A DNA stretch of 64,000 nucleotides from positions 77,677 through 141,676 of the forward strand of contig DGDZ01000074.1 of NCBI GenBank assembly GCA_002385705.1, read 5' to 3'. The notes beneath the pieces were generated by a model that made no database searches, was not told the DNA's origin, and saw nothing but the letters and a program-made list of their open reading frames with translations. Both the position numbers and the translations under genes were made by a program. Positions 12,060 to 22,785 of this stretch are shown piece by piece (position 1 is the first letter of the stretch; each line of letters starts with the position of its first letter). This DNA is from Verrucomicrobia subdivision 3 bacterium UBA3939. GTDB lineage: Bacteria > Verrucomicrobiota > Verrucomicrobiia > Limisphaerales > UBA3939.

Positions 12060-13148
12060 ATGAACAATCATCCGCATCCCGAAAAAGAGCGCGAGCTGCC
12101 GCCCGAGACGCCGCTGGATCCCGGGTCGCAGGCGCTTTCCGAGGCGCTGCGCAGCAGCTTCGCGATTGTCAAAGTCGTCATGGTCGCGCTGGTGGTCCTG
12201 TTCTTTGCCTCGGGCTTCTTCCAGGTGGGCCCGCAGGAGCAGGCGATCATCCTGCGCTTCGGCAAACCGGTGGGAGAAGGGCGCGAGGCCCTGCTGGGGC
12301 CGGGGCTGCATTGGTCGTTCCCGTATCCCATCGACGAGCACAAGAAGATTCCCATGACCGCGCAGCAGCAGGTCCGGTCCACGGTAGGCTGGTATGCGAC
12401 AACGGATGTGCAGGAGGCGGCCGGAACGGAGCCGCCGGCCGGGCCGACGCTGAATCCGGCGGTGGACGGTTACGTGCTGACGGCCGACGGCAACATCATT
12501 CACGTGCGCGCGACGCTGTTCTACCGCATCGACGATCCGATCCAGTATGTGCTCGGGTTCGCCAGCGCGTCGAACGTTGTCCAGAACGCGCTCAACAGCG
12601 CGCTGGTGCACACGGCGGCGCGGTTCCGGGTGGACGATATTCTGACGCGCGATGTGGCGGGATTCCGCGACGCTCTCACGCAGCGGGTGGCCGAGTTGCT
12701 CGAGCAATGGAACGTGGGGGTGTCGGTGGACCATTGCGAGGTGCAGAGCCGTCCGCCGCGGCAGGTGGGGAACGCGTTCGACGAGGTGCTGAAGGCGGAG
12801 ATCAACCGGAACAACGTCCTGAACGAGGCGCGGAGCACCGCCAATCAGACGCTCAGCCAGGCCGCGGCCCAGGCCCAGTCCATCACGAACGCCGCTGAAC
12901 TCGAACGCGTGCAGCTCGTGAGCGAACTGTCCAGCCTCGCCGCCAACTTCGATCGGGTCCTGCCGGAGTACCGCAAGAACCCGCAGTTGTTTGTCGAGCG
13001 CAGCCTCAACGAGACGCTGCGCCGCGCCCTGACCAATGTCGAAAAGTGGAGCGTGCCGCCCGCCATCGGTGGAAAAACGACCGAAACGCGGATATGGTTG
13101 AATCGCGAGCTGCCCCGGTCCGCTCCGGGAGCCGCGAGCACGCCCTGA
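12060..13148 (+). CDS. SPFH/band-7 protein, HflK-like
   Basis: Anchor helix VKVVMVALVVLFFASGFF, then QAIILRFGKPVGEG...GLHWSFPYPID and a Gln/Ala-rich coiled-coil. Confidence 0.7.
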   Translation: MNNHPHPEKERELPPETPLDPGSQALSEALRSSFAIVKVVMVALVVLFFASGFFQVGPQEQAIILRFGKPVGEGREALLGPGLHWSFPYPIDEHKKIPMTAQQQVRSTVGWYATTDVQEAAGTEPPAGPTLNPAVDGYVLTADGNIIHVRATLFYRIDDPIQYVLGFASASNVVQNALNSALVHTAARFRVDDILTRDVAGFRDALTQRVAELLEQWNVGVSVDHCEVQSRPPRQVGNAFDEVLKAEINRNNVLNEARSTANQTLSQAAAQAQSITNAAELERVQLVSELSSLAANFDRVLPEYRKNPQLFVERSLNETLRRALTNVEKWSVPPAIGGKTTETRIWLNRELPRSAPGAASTP

Positions 13149-13176
13149 GGCAGCAGTTGCAATTGGATTTATTGAT

Positions 13177-15219
13177 ATGCAGGTAACCTCACTTTTGAGC
13201 CGACGCGAACACGAGCACAAGGCGCACGAGCACGACGCCAGTTGCGGGTGCGGCCACGACCACGAGCACGCGCCCGTCCGCCTCAAGCAGACTCTGTTCG
13301 GCATTGTTCTGGTCATCAATGCCTTCATCGTCGATTGGCTGTTCGACCAGGGCGACATGGTTGCGGACGCCAGCGCGATGATTGGCGCCATCGTGCTGGG
13401 CTACCCCATCATGGTGACCGCCCTCAAGGATCTGCGGCGCGGCCATCTCAGCATCAACGAACTCGTCGCCATCGCCGTCCTCGCGGCCTTTGCGTCCGGC
13501 GACTACAAGACCGCGGGCGTTGTCGCCTTCTTCATGCTGCTCGGCGAGATCATTGAAACGCGCACGGCCGAGGGCGCGCGCGCCTCGATTGAATCGCTGA
13601 TTCGCCTCACGCCCACGCGCGCCCGGCGGATCAAGCCGGACAATACCGAAGAGGAAGTGCCCGCCAGCCAGCTCGCCGTCGGCGACGTGATCCGCATCCG
13701 GCCGGGCGACAACGTGGCGGCGGACGGCGTCATTGTCAGCGGTTACGGCTCGTTCAACCAGGCGACCATCACCGGCGAATCGCTTCCAGTGGACAAGAAG
13801 GCCGGGGACGAGGTGTTCGCCGGGACGCAGAATCTCACGGGCGTTCTCGAGGTGAGGGTCAGCCGCGCCGGAACCGACACGACGCTCGGGCGCGTGCGCG
13901 AACTGATCCTGGCGGCGGAAAAGACGAAGCTGCCTATCATGAAGATTGTGGACCAGTACATGGGCTTCTACACGCCGCTGGTGCTGGTCATCGGCGCGCT
14001 GGTGTGGGCGTTTGCGCCGGACACACTCGAGCTGGAACAACGCCTGAGCCGCGTCATCTCGGTGCTCGTCGTTTCGTGCCCGTGTGCGTTCATCCTGGCG
14101 ACGCCCACGGCGATGGTGGCGGCGCTGTCGGCCGCGGCGCGGCTGGGCATTCTGATCAAGAATGTCGCCGACATTGAGCTGGCCGCAAAGATCAACGCGT
14201 TCATCTTCGACAAGACCGGCACGTTGACGACGGGGGAACTGGCGGTGAGCCGTCTGGCGCCGCTGGGCAACACCAAGCCCGCCGAGCTCCTCCTGCTGGC
14301 GGCCTCCGCGGAGAAGTACAGCAATCACCCGACGGCCAAGGCCCTGGCGCAACTGGCCGAGGAGGCAAGCGTTCCGTTGTCCGAACCGTCTGATTTCTCC
14401 GAAACCGCCGGGCGCGGCGTGCAGGCCCGCGTCCAGGGCGCCCGGATCCTTGTCGGCCGCGCGCAATGGCTCAAGGATCAGGGCGTTGATTCCGACTTCG
14501 AGAAGTCGGTGGACCTCAATGAAACGGAAGGCTGGAGCCTGATCTTCGTCGCCCGGGACAACAAGTGCATCGGCTGGATCGGCCTGCAGGACAAGACCCG
14601 CGCGGAGGCCAAAGAGGCGCTGGCCGGCCTGAAGGAAAACGGCGTCCGCCGCGTCGCCATGATTTCCGGCGACCGCCAGCCGGTGGCGACGCGTGTGGCG
14701 CGCGAGATCGGCTGCGAAGAGGCTGTGGGCGAATGCCTGCCCCAGGACAAGGTGGACTTCGTTCACCGCGTCAAGGGCAAGGGTTACCGCGTGGCGGTGG
14801 TGGGCGACGGCGTGAATGACGCCCCGGCGCTGGCCGCCGGCGACATCGGCATCGCCATGGGCGCGGCCGGCAGCGAGGTCGCCATTCACAGCGCGACCAT
14901 CGCTCTCATGAACAACGATCTGCGCCGGCTGCCGTTCCTCGTGAAGCTCTCGCGCAGCACCCGCAGCGTCATTAATCAGAACTTCCTGTTCGGAGTGTTC
15001 TTCATCATCGGCGGCCTCACGCTCGCTGCCTTCGGAAAGATCAATCCCATTGTGGCCGCGATCCTGCACAACGCGGGTTCGCTGATCGTGATCTTCAACA
15101 GCGCCCGCCTCGTCCGGAAGGGCGAGGAGCTCGAGCATTATCAGCCGGAGCCGGTTCCGCCGCCCAGCCGCGGCAGCGCGCCCGCCGGCGGGCAGCTCGC
15201 GCCCAGGATGGCCGTCTGA
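13177..15219 (+). CDS. heavy-metal translocating P1B-type ATPase (Zn/Cd/Co-type by motifs)
   Basis: CPC in TM6 (SCPCAFILATPTA), DKTGTLT, SNHP, GDGVNDAPAL, C-terminal HNAGSLIVIFNSARL. His-rich N-terminus HEHKAHEHDASCGCGHDHEH replaces a classical HMA domain. Confidence 0.9.
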   Translation: MQVTSLLSRREHEHKAHEHDASCGCGHDHEHAPVRLKQTLFGIVLVINAFIVDWLFDQGDMVADASAMIGAIVLGYPIMVTALKDLRRGHLSINELVAIAVLAAFASGDYKTAGVVAFFMLLGEIIETRTAEGARASIESLIRLTPTRARRIKPDNTEEEVPASQLAVGDVIRIRPGDNVAADGVIVSGYGSFNQATITGESLPVDKKAGDEVFAGTQNLTGVLEVRVSRAGTDTTLGRVRELILAAEKTKLPIMKIVDQYMGFYTPLVLVIGALVWAFAPDTLELEQRLSRVISVLVVSCPCAFILATPTAMVAALSAAARLGILIKNVADIELAAKINAFIFDKTGTLTTGELAVSRLAPLGNTKPAELLLLAASAEKYSNHPTAKALAQLAEEASVPLSEPSDFSETAGRGVQARVQGARILVGRAQWLKDQGVDSDFEKSVDLNETEGWSLIFVARDNKCIGWIGLQDKTRAEAKEALAGLKENGVRRVAMISGDRQPVATRVAREIGCEEAVGECLPQDKVDFVHRVKGKGYRVAVVGDGVNDAPALAAGDIGIAMGAAGSEVAIHSATIALMNNDLRRLPFLVKLSRSTRSVINQNFLFGVFFIIGGLTLAAFGKINPIVAAILHNAGSLIVIFNSARLVRKGEELEHYQPEPVPPPSRGSAPAGGQLAPRMAV

Positions 15220-15250
15220 AACCCCATGACCGCCCGCAGAATTGAAAGCC

Positions 15251-16462
15251 ATGGCTGCTGAGACAACGCTCGAAACCCGAAAGTCCGCAACCCGCGCCGA
15301 CGGCGAGGTCGTTGTCTCGGTCCGCGGCCTTACCAAGGTGTTCAAGGATTTCTGGAATCGCCCCAAGGCGCGGGCGGTGGACAACGTTGATTTCGACGTG
15401 CGCCGCGGCGAGGTGTTCGGGCTGCTGGGACCGAACGGGTCGGGCAAGTCCACAACGGTCAAGTTGCTGCTCGGCCTGCTCCATCCAACGCGCGGGCGCA
15501 TCGAGGTGTTCGGCCATTCGCCCCGCCACGTCGCCACCAAGTCGCGCATCGGTTATCTTCCGGAGGAATCGTATCTCTACCGCTACCTGAATTCGCGCGA
15601 AACCCTGGATTTCTTCGGCAACCTGTTTCACCTGTCGCGTGGAGAACGCAACGACCGCGCCGAGCAGCTCCTCGAAATGGTGGGGCTCAGCCAGACCCGC
15701 ACGCGCGCCGTGGGCGAATTCTCCAAGGGCATGCAGCGCCGCATCGGCCTCGCGCAGGCTCTCATCAACGATCCCGACCTCGTCATCCTCGACGAGCCCA
15801 CGGCCGGGCTCGATCCGATCGGCTGCCGCGAGGTGAAGGATCTGATCCTCGCCCTCGCGCGCCGCGGCAAGACCGTCATCCTCAGCAGCCACCTGCTGGC
15901 CGACGTGGAGGACGTCTGTGACCGCGTGGTCATTTACTACGGCGGCAGGGTGCAGGCGATGGGAACGCTCAAAGAGCTGTTGTCCAGGCCGGATACGATT
16001 CGAATCACCACGCCCGTGCTTCCGCGCGAGACGCTGGAGAAAGTGCTGCGGGTGATTCGCGAGGACGTCGCCGCCGATCGGATTCGGGTCGATAACCCGA
16101 CTCAGAATCTCGAGAGCTACTTTCTTCAGGTGGTTGAGCAGGCGCGGTCGGCTGCGGCGGAAACCAGCGGCGCGACTTCGGGCGCCCGGGTTGCGGCCTA
16201 CTTGCGAGGCGAAGCCGAAAGCCCCTCGGAGACGGATCGCATTCTGGAGCGGCTCGCCCTGCCGGAGTCCCGGCCGGCGTCCGTGCCGGAGCCCGCGACC
16301 CCGGCGGGACCGACACCTGATGAGGCCCGGCTCGAGGAGTTGACGAAGGCCGCCGATTCTGCGGCGCCATCGCCCGAGCCGGCGCGCGAGAAGAAGGCGG
16401 AACCGGTCGATCTCTCGAAGGCCGACGAGAAACTGTCGTCCCTGCTCAAGCCGGGCGAGTAG
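15251..16462 (+). CDS. ABC transporter ATP-binding protein (ABC-2/DrrA-like) with Pro/Glu/Ala-rich C-terminal tail
   Basis: Walker A GLLGPNGSGKST, signature FSKGMQRR, Walker B LVILDEPTAGLD. About 100 aa of low-complexity tail. A TTG at 15242 is an alternative start. Confidence 0.85.
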   Translation: MAAETTLETRKSATRADGEVVVSVRGLTKVFKDFWNRPKARAVDNVDFDVRRGEVFGLLGPNGSGKSTTVKLLLGLLHPTRGRIEVFGHSPRHVATKSRIGYLPEESYLYRYLNSRETLDFFGNLFHLSRGERNDRAEQLLEMVGLSQTRTRAVGEFSKGMQRRIGLAQALINDPDLVILDEPTAGLDPIGCREVKDLILALARRGKTVILSSHLLADVEDVCDRVVIYYGGRVQAMGTLKELLSRPDTIRITTPVLPRETLEKVLRVIREDVAADRIRVDNPTQNLESYFLQVVEQARSAAAETSGATSGARVAAYLRGEAESPSETDRILERLALPESRPASVPEPATPAGPTPDEARLEELTKAADSAAPSPEPAREKKAEPVDLSKADEKLSSLLKPGE

Positions 16463-16469
16463 TCCAGGC

Positions 16470-18278
16470 ATGGCAACGACGTACGAAATTTATCGACATC
16501 CGGAAAAGGGACTGGCCGCCGCCCCGGTGACGTTTTCGATCTGGCCGTATCTGTTTGCCGAGTGGTGGGCGCTGTTCAATCGGCTGTGGATGCCGGCGAT
16601 CGTCGCGGCTGTGCTTGGAGCGGGGCTCGGCTTTATTGTCCGCCTTTACTCGATGGGGGTCATTCCTTTCTGGGCGTTGTGCCTCTTCATTCTGGCGTAT
16701 CCGACGCGTCTCTATCTGGCGTTCCGGGGCGGATACTGGAAGGCCCGGCAGCTCGAGCGGAACGGGTATTCGTACCTGGGCGAGGTGACCGCGCATACCG
16801 GTTCGGCGGCGATCGCAAAGGCGCGGGCGGGCAAATTGCGCGAACGGGCCAGGCCGGGCGGCATCGCCTTTCGTCTGCCGCGCGGTCTGACGAGGGTGTT
16901 CGCTGTGGCGGGGCTGACCTGGAAAGCCGCGTTCCGCTTCAAGCTCTTTCTTGTCATTGCCGTGCTGTTGCTCGGTGCCGTCATCGGTCTTCCGGTTCTG
17001 ATCAAGGACGACGGGACGGCGCGTGGGTTCACGCAGATCCTCCTGACGTACACGCTGAGCACGATCACGGGACTGCTAGGGCTATCGACATTGTGGCTTT
17101 CCTGCGGAACACTGGCCCGAGACATCGAGGAGTGCCAGGTCCAGATGCTCGCCGTCAAACCGATTGCGCGGTGGCAGATCTGGCTTGGGAAATGGCTGGG
17201 GATTGTTTCGCTGAACGCGGTGCTGCTCGCCCTGTCGGGTGCGAGCGTCTATACGCTGTTGCAGTGGCGCGCCACGCGCCTGCCCGCCGCCGAGCAGGGA
17301 ATTTTGAGAAAGGAAGTTCTCGTCGCGCGCGGCTCGGCCCGGGAGCCCGACTTCAGCCATGAGCTTCGGGAGAAGGCGGAGGAACTGCTCCGGCAGCGTC
17401 TCAGGGAGACTCCCGTGCAGAGCGACGCCGAACGCGCTGAAGTGCGGCGGCAGATCCTCGAACAGGTCAAGGCAAGCGTGCAGGTCGTTCCGCCAGGTTA
17501 CTCCCGCGTGTGGCAGGTTGACCTTGGGTTGGTCCGCTACCTGGTTCGGGATCGCCCGCTGCAGTTGCGCGTCAAGTTCAATGCGGCCCGGGAGAGCGCC
17601 TCGGGCACGTTCGACGCGCTGTTCCAGGTGGGCGTGCCGCAGGAGACGCAACTGTGGCGCACGGAAACCCCCATGAGCCTGGCGCCGGACACGTATCACG
17701 AGTTTGAGATTCCGCCGAATCTCTTCGATGAGAACGGCGTGCTGACGATCATGTTCGTGAACCCGAACGACACGGCGCTTCTGTTCCCGCTGGAAGACGG
17801 CCTCGAGGTGCTGTACCCCGAGGGCACGTTCGGACTGAACTTCATCCGGGGCCTCGGAATCATCTGGTGCTGGATGGCGCTGTTGTCGGCGCTCGGACTG
17901 GCCGCGGCCACGTTCCTGTCCTTCCCTGTCGCGGCGTTCTTCTCGCTGGCGATGCTGACCGTGGCGTTTTCGAGCGGCACCATGACGACCGCCATCGAGG
18001 AGGGCACCATCATGGGATCGGATTCCGAGACCGGAGAGGTCGGGTCCTCGATCGTGGACTCCGTGGCGATCCCGGTTTTTCGCGGCATCCTGGCTGTGGT
18101 GAACCTTGCGCGGCAGTTTTCTCCGATTGACGCGCTGAGCGCCGGGCGCAGCATCGGCTGGGGCCAACTGGCGGTGGCCTTCGGGCAGATCGTCGTCGTG
18201 CTGGGCGGTTTCTTCGCGCTGGGAGGCATCGCCATCTTCCAGCGGCGGGAACTGGCCACGGCCCAGGGGACTCAATGA
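16470..18278 (+). CDS. membrane protein: DUF2628-like N-terminus fused to an ABC-2-like permease body
   Basis: N-terminus YEIYRHPEKG...FSIWPYLFAEWWALFNRLWMP resembles DUF2628. Multiple TM helices flank a ~170-aa soluble loop. Follows the ABC ATPase by 7 nt. Confidence 0.5.
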   Translation: MATTYEIYRHPEKGLAAAPVTFSIWPYLFAEWWALFNRLWMPAIVAAVLGAGLGFIVRLYSMGVIPFWALCLFILAYPTRLYLAFRGGYWKARQLERNGYSYLGEVTAHTGSAAIAKARAGKLRERARPGGIAFRLPRGLTRVFAVAGLTWKAAFRFKLFLVIAVLLLGAVIGLPVLIKDDGTARGFTQILLTYTLSTITGLLGLSTLWLSCGTLARDIEECQVQMLAVKPIARWQIWLGKWLGIVSLNAVLLALSGASVYTLLQWRATRLPAAEQGILRKEVLVARGSAREPDFSHELREKAEELLRQRLRETPVQSDAERAEVRRQILEQVKASVQVVPPGYSRVWQVDLGLVRYLVRDRPLQLRVKFNAARESASGTFDALFQVGVPQETQLWRTETPMSLAPDTYHEFEIPPNLFDENGVLTIMFVNPNDTALLFPLEDGLEVLYPEGTFGLNFIRGLGIIWCWMALLSALGLAAATFLSFPVAAFFSLAMLTVAFSSGTMTTAIEEGTIMGSDSETGEVGSSIVDSVAIPVFRGILAVVNLARQFSPIDALSAGRSIGWGQLAVAFGQIVVVLGGFFALGGIAIFQRRELATAQGTQ

Positions 18279-18303
18279 GCGTTTGCAGTCAGTCTGTCAC
18301 GGA

Positions 18304-19839
18304 ATGCGCATGAACGGGCGATTGAAGAAAATCATCCTGTTGCTGGTCGCCGTCGCACTGCTGGCGGGCGGCGGGCGGGTTCAGTTGGTTTTGAACCGCG
18401 ACCGCGACCAGCTCGGGTTGACGCGCGTGGCGCCGCTGGAGAACGCGCCGCCTGTGCTGGCGTTCACGACGGTGGCCCTGGGCGGGTTTCGGGGGCTGAT
18501 CTCGAACTTTCTCTGGATGCGGGCCGGCGAGTTGCAGGACCAGGGCGAGTATTTCGAGATGAAGCAACTGGCCGACTGGATCACGAAGCTCGAGCCGCAT
18601 TTCGAGCAGGTGTGGGTTCACCAGGCCTGGAACATGGCCTACAACATCTCGGTCAAGTTCAAGGAAGCGCCCACTGAGAATCCGTACGACTTCAAGGAGT
18701 TCCCGGACCGGTGGCGCTGGGTGAAAGCGGGAATCGAGCTGCTGCGCGATCAGGGACTTCGCTACAACCCGAACTCGGTTCTCATCCATCGCGAGCTGGC
18801 CTGGTTTTTCCAGCACAAGATGGGCGCCAACCTCGACGACGCCAACATGTATTACAAGCAGCAGTGGACAGAGGAGATGGAGACGGTGTTCGGCGAATGG
18901 CGCGAACCCGATGTTGCGGAACTGGTCAACCCGCAGACGGAAGACCAGAAGCAGCGGGCCGCCCTGCTGCGGGAGAAATACAAGATGGATCCGGCGTTCA
19001 TGCTGGAGCTCAACGAACGCCACGGGCCGCTGGAATGGCGCCTGCCTGAGGCGCACGCGATTTACTGGGCTGCCGTCGGCCTCAGGAAGGCCGAGGAAAA
19101 CCCGGGACGAGTCAACAAAGATGACCTCATCCAGTTGCGGCGGGTCATCTACCAGTCCATGCAGACCAGCTTCCAACGCGGGCGGCTGGAACTGAATCCG
19201 TACGTCAAGAGGTTCGAGTTCGGGCCCAACCTCGACATCATCCCCAAAGTGGTTGCCGCTTACGAGGAGGCCATGGAGGAGGACGAGAGGAATCGCGACC
19301 ACATCGCCACCGCCCATCGCAACCTGCTTCGCCAGGCGGTTTACTTCCTCTACGTCCACAACCGGCTCGGCGAAGCGGCCAAGTGGTTCCGATACCTGGG
19401 GCAGAAGTACCCGGACAAGCCCCTGCTTGACGGCAACACGAATTCACTTCCCGGAAGACTGACCCTCGACGATTACGCGGTGCACTATGTCCTGGAGGAC
19501 ATCAACGAAACCTCGCGGGATCGCGTCAAGTCGGCGATCGAGGGTTATCTCACGCGCGCTTTTTACAGCCTGGTGGTGGGCCAGGACGATCGCGCCGCCG
19601 GGTTCCGGCTCATGGCGCAGAAGATCCGCGAGACCTACCGCGAAAAGATCGGCCCGCAAAGCTGGGCCCGCATTCCGCTCCCGACCATCGAGGAAACCAG
19701 CAGGATCATCCTCGAGGAACTGCTCGATCCCGAGACGGGTTATCCGCCGGAAGCCCGCGCCGTATTGCTCAGCAAACTGGGCATCACGGAACAGGATGTT
19801 TTCGGGCCGCGAACCAACTCCGTCCCCCGGCCTCAGTGA
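18304..19839 (+). CDS. hypothetical N-terminally anchored protein (511 aa), no motif recognised
   Basis: MRMNGRLKKIILLLVAVALLAGGG anchor, then a W/Y/E/K-rich, probably helical domain. Coding-like codon usage. Stop overlaps the next gene's start. Confidence 0.55.
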   Translation: MRMNGRLKKIILLLVAVALLAGGGRVQLVLNRDRDQLGLTRVAPLENAPPVLAFTTVALGGFRGLISNFLWMRAGELQDQGEYFEMKQLADWITKLEPHFEQVWVHQAWNMAYNISVKFKEAPTENPYDFKEFPDRWRWVKAGIELLRDQGLRYNPNSVLIHRELAWFFQHKMGANLDDANMYYKQQWTEEMETVFGEWREPDVAELVNPQTEDQKQRAALLREKYKMDPAFMLELNERHGPLEWRLPEAHAIYWAAVGLRKAEENPGRVNKDDLIQLRRVIYQSMQTSFQRGRLELNPYVKRFEFGPNLDIIPKVVAAYEEAMEEDERNRDHIATAHRNLLRQAVYFLYVHNRLGEAAKWFRYLGQKYPDKPLLDGNTNSLPGRLTLDDYAVHYVLEDINETSRDRVKSAIEGYLTRAFYSLVVGQDDRAAGFRLMAQKIRETYREKIGPQSWARIPLPTIEETSRIILEELLDPETGYPPEARAVLLSKLGITEQDVFGPRTNSVPRPQ

Positions 19840-20681
19840 TGCGCGGTACCCGCCCGAACGCCAGGCCGAATCGCCAACGCACCCGCGCCGTCCTTGAGGC
19901 CGCCGGGCTGCGCCTCCAACGGGGGCGCACTCTCATCCTGCGGGACATTTCCTGGCGCGTGTCTCCCGGAGAACATTGGGTCATTCTCGGCGCAAACGGC
20001 TCCGGAAAGACATCGCTCCTGGGCGCCCTGACCGGTTATGTCACCCCCACGGCCGGGAGCATTGCCCTGCTGGGACAACACTACGGCCGGTCCGACTGGC
20101 GCGAGCTGCGCAAACAGATTGGCATCGTCAGCTCTTCTGTCCGCCAGATGATGGCCAACGACGAACCCGCCATCGAGACCGTCATCAGCGGCAAGTACGC
20201 CATGATCGATTTCTGGGGACGACCGTCTCGCGGCGACCGCCTCCGGGCGCGGCGCATTCTTCGGCAGATCGAATGCTCGCACCTCGCAGACCGCCCGTGG
20301 CTGGTGCTTTCCCAGGGCGAACGTCAGCGCGTCCTGATCGGGCGCGCGCTGATGGCGAGTCCGCGTCTGCTGATACTGGACGAGCCCTGCGCCGGGCTTG
20401 ACCCCGCCGCGCGGGAACATTTTCTGAACTTCCTGCAACGCCTGGGTTCGCGGCGGAATTCGCCAACGCTGGTTCTGGTGACGCATCACGTTGAGGAAAT
20501 CATGCCTGTGTTCTCGCACGTGCTCGTGCTCAAGGAGGGCGCCGTGCTCGCCTCCGGACCCAGGCAGTCGATCCTGCGAACTTCGGTGCTCGCCCGGGCC
20601 TTTAACACCCGCCTTTCGCTGAAGCGCGCACGAAACCGCTACTCGCTTTCTGTGCGACGCAAGACCGGCGCGCTGATGTAA
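19839..20681 (+). CDS. stand-alone ABC ATPase (ModF/YlmA-like)
   Basis: Walker A ILGANGSGKTSLL, signature LSQGERQRV, Walker B LLILDEPCAGLD, H-loop VTHH. Confidence 0.8.
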   Translation: MRGTRPNARPNRQRTRAVLEAAGLRLQRGRTLILRDISWRVSPGEHWVILGANGSGKTSLLGALTGYVTPTAGSIALLGQHYGRSDWRELRKQIGIVSSSVRQMMANDEPAIETVISGKYAMIDFWGRPSRGDRLRARRILRQIECSHLADRPWLVLSQGERQRVLIGRALMASPRLLILDEPCAGLDPAAREHFLNFLQRLGSRRNSPTLVLVTHHVEEIMPVFSHVLVLKEGAVLASGPRQSILRTSVLARAFNTRLSLKRARNRYSLSVRRKTGALM

Positions 20682-20695
20682 TTACCTTCCGAGGA

Positions 20696-22768
20696 TCAGG
20701 TCCTGGACTTCGAAGGAGTCGGTTTGCGACTGCGGGAAGGTTTGTAACGGGTCCGGCCGGAACGGCTCTCCCGGGGCGTCTGTTCCCGGGCGGGTTTGGA
20801 ATCGCCTTCGGTGACGCGCTTCAACTCCCGGATCTGGTCCCGCAGCAGCGCCGCCTTTTCGAATTCGAGGTTGTTCGCCGCGGTCAGCATCTCCTGCTCG
20901 AGCTCCTTCAACGTCTCGTTGATGTCGATATCGACGCCGGCGTCGTTCAACACGGCATGGGCCTTGTTCTGCGTTTCCCGGTGCAGGGACAGGCTTTCCT
21001 CAACGGCGCGCGTGACGCTGCGAGGCGTGATGTTGTGTTCCCGGTTGTAGGCAAGCTGCTTGTTCCGGCGGTATTCGGAAACGGCAAGGAACTTCTGGAT
21101 GCTCCCGGTCATCACGTCGGCGTAAAGGATCACTTCGCCGTTCACGTGCCGCGCGGCACGGCCCGCGGTCTGGATCAGGCTGGTGGCGCTGCGCAGGTAG
21201 CCTTCCTTGTCGGCGTCGAGGATCGCCACCAGGGACACTTCCGGCAGATCGAGTCCTTCCCGCAGCAGGTTGATACCGACCAGCACGTCGAACTCGCCTT
21301 TGCGCAGCGCGCGCAGGATTTCCACGCGTTCAATCGCGTCGATCTCGCTGTGGAGGTATTGGACGTTGATGCCGATGTCGCGGAGGTAGTCGGTCAGTTC
21401 CTCGGCGGTGCGCTTGGTCAGGGTGGTGACCAGGACGCGTTCCTTCTGCTCGGCGCGTTTGCGCGCTTCGTTGATCAGGTCGTCGATCTGTCCGGCCAGC
21501 GGTTTCACGGTGACTTTGGGATCGACGAGACCTGTGGGGCGGACGATCTGCTCGACGACGCGGTTGCCGGCCCATTGGAGCTCGCGGTCGCCCGGCGTGG
21601 CGCTGACGTAGATGGTCTGGCTCTGCAGGGACTGGAACTCTTCGAAGTTCAGGGGACGATTGTCGAGCGCGCTGGGCAGGCGGAAACCGTGCTCGACGAG
21701 GACGGTTTTCCGCGAGCGATCGCCCTCGTACATGCCGCCGATCTGCGGGATCGTCACGTGCGACTCGTCGATGACGAGGAGGTAATCCTTCGGAAGAAAG
21801 TCAAAAAGGGTATACGGCCGCGAACCGGGCGGGCGCCCGGCCAGATGACGCGAGTAGTTCTCGATCCCCGAACAGAACCCCATCTCCTCCATCATTTCGA
21901 GGTCGTATTCGGTGCGCATCTTGAGGCGTTGCGCTTCGAGCAGTTTCCCCTGCTTTTCAAACCAGGCGATCCGCTCGCTGAGCTCCTCGCGGATGGCCAG
22001 AAGGGCGGGGCGCAGCTTTTCGGCCGGTGTCACGAACTGCTTGGCCGGGTAGATCCAGACCGTCTGCAGTTCCTCCGTTTTCTCGCCGGTGAGCGGTTCG
22101 AACCGCGTCACGCGCTCGACTTCGTCACCGAAAAACTCAACCCGCAGCGCGTCCTCCCGCCCGGCCGGGCACAGCTCGACGGTGTCGCCCCGGACCCGGA
22201 ACTGGCCGCGCGCGAATTCGATGTCGTTGCGGGTGTATTGCAGCTCGACCAGCCGTTCGAGGAAACGGTCGCGCGCGAGCTCCTGCCCCACCCGGATGGG
22301 AATTACCATTGCTTCGTAGTCCTCCTTGCTGCCGATGCCGTAAATGCAGGAGACGCTGGCGACGACAATAACGTCGCGGCGGGAGAAGAGCGAGCTCATG
22401 GTGGACAGGCGGAGCCGCTCGATCTCCTCGTTCACGCTGGAGTCCTTTTCGATGTACGTGTCCGTGCGCGGGATATAGGCCTCGGGCTGGTAATAGTCGA
22501 AGTAGCTGACGAAGTATTCGACGGCGTTGTTGGGGAAGAAGCTCTTGAACTCGGCGTAGAGCTGGGCGGCGAGCGTCTTGTTGTGCGAGATGACGAGGGT
22601 GGGCCTGGAGACGTTCTGGATCACGTTGGCGATGGTGAACGTCTTGCCGGAGCCGGTGACGCCGAGCAGCACCTGGTGTCTGGCGCCGGCCAGAATGCCT
22701 TCCGTCAGCTTCGCAATGGCCTGCGGCTGGTCTCCGGCGGGTTCGTAGGGCGCAACGAGCTGGAACAT
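20696..22768 (-). CDS. uvrB: excinuclease ABC subunit B
   Basis: Full-length match by eye: [19 protein letters not shown] domain [17 protein letters not shown]; 690 aa. Confidence 0.95.
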   Translation of the reverse strand: MFQLVAPYEPAGDQPQAIAKLTEGILAGARHQVLLGVTGSGKTFTIANVIQNVSRPTLVISHNKTLAAQLYAEFKSFFPNNAVEYFVSYFDYYQPEAYIPRTDTYIEKDSSVNEEIERLRLSTMSSLFSRRDVIVVASVSCIYGIGSKEDYEAMVIPIRVGQELARDRFLERLVELQYTRNDIEFARGQFRVRGDTVELCPAGREDALRVEFFGDEVERVTRFEPLTGEKTEELQTVWIYPAKQFVTPAEKLRPALLAIREELSERIAWFEKQGKLLEAQRLKMRTEYDLEMMEEMGFCSGIENYSRHLAGRPPGSRPYTLFDFLPKDYLLVIDESHVTIPQIGGMYEGDRSRKTVLVEHGFRLPSALDNRPLNFEEFQSLQSQTIYVSATPGDRELQWAGNRVVEQIVRPTGLVDPKVTVKPLAGQIDDLINEARKRAEQKERVLVTTLTKRTAEELTDYLRDIGINVQYLHSEIDAIERVEILRALRKGEFDVLVGINLLREGLDLPEVSLVAILDADKEGYLRSATSLIQTAGRAARHVNGEVILYADVMTGSIQKFLAVSEYRRNKQLAYNREHNITPRSVTRAVEESLSLHRETQNKAHAVLNDAGVDIDINETLKELEQEMLTAANNLEFEKAALLRDQIRELKRVTEGDSKPAREQTPRESRSGRTRYKPSRSRKPTPSKSRT

Positions 22769-22785
22769 CGCCTGAGTGACGGATG

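Noticed and set aside
13189-15549. 786-aa minus-strand ORF
   Set aside because: Antisense shadow of the P-type ATPase, whose own frame carries DKTGTLT, CPC and GDGVNDAPAL.
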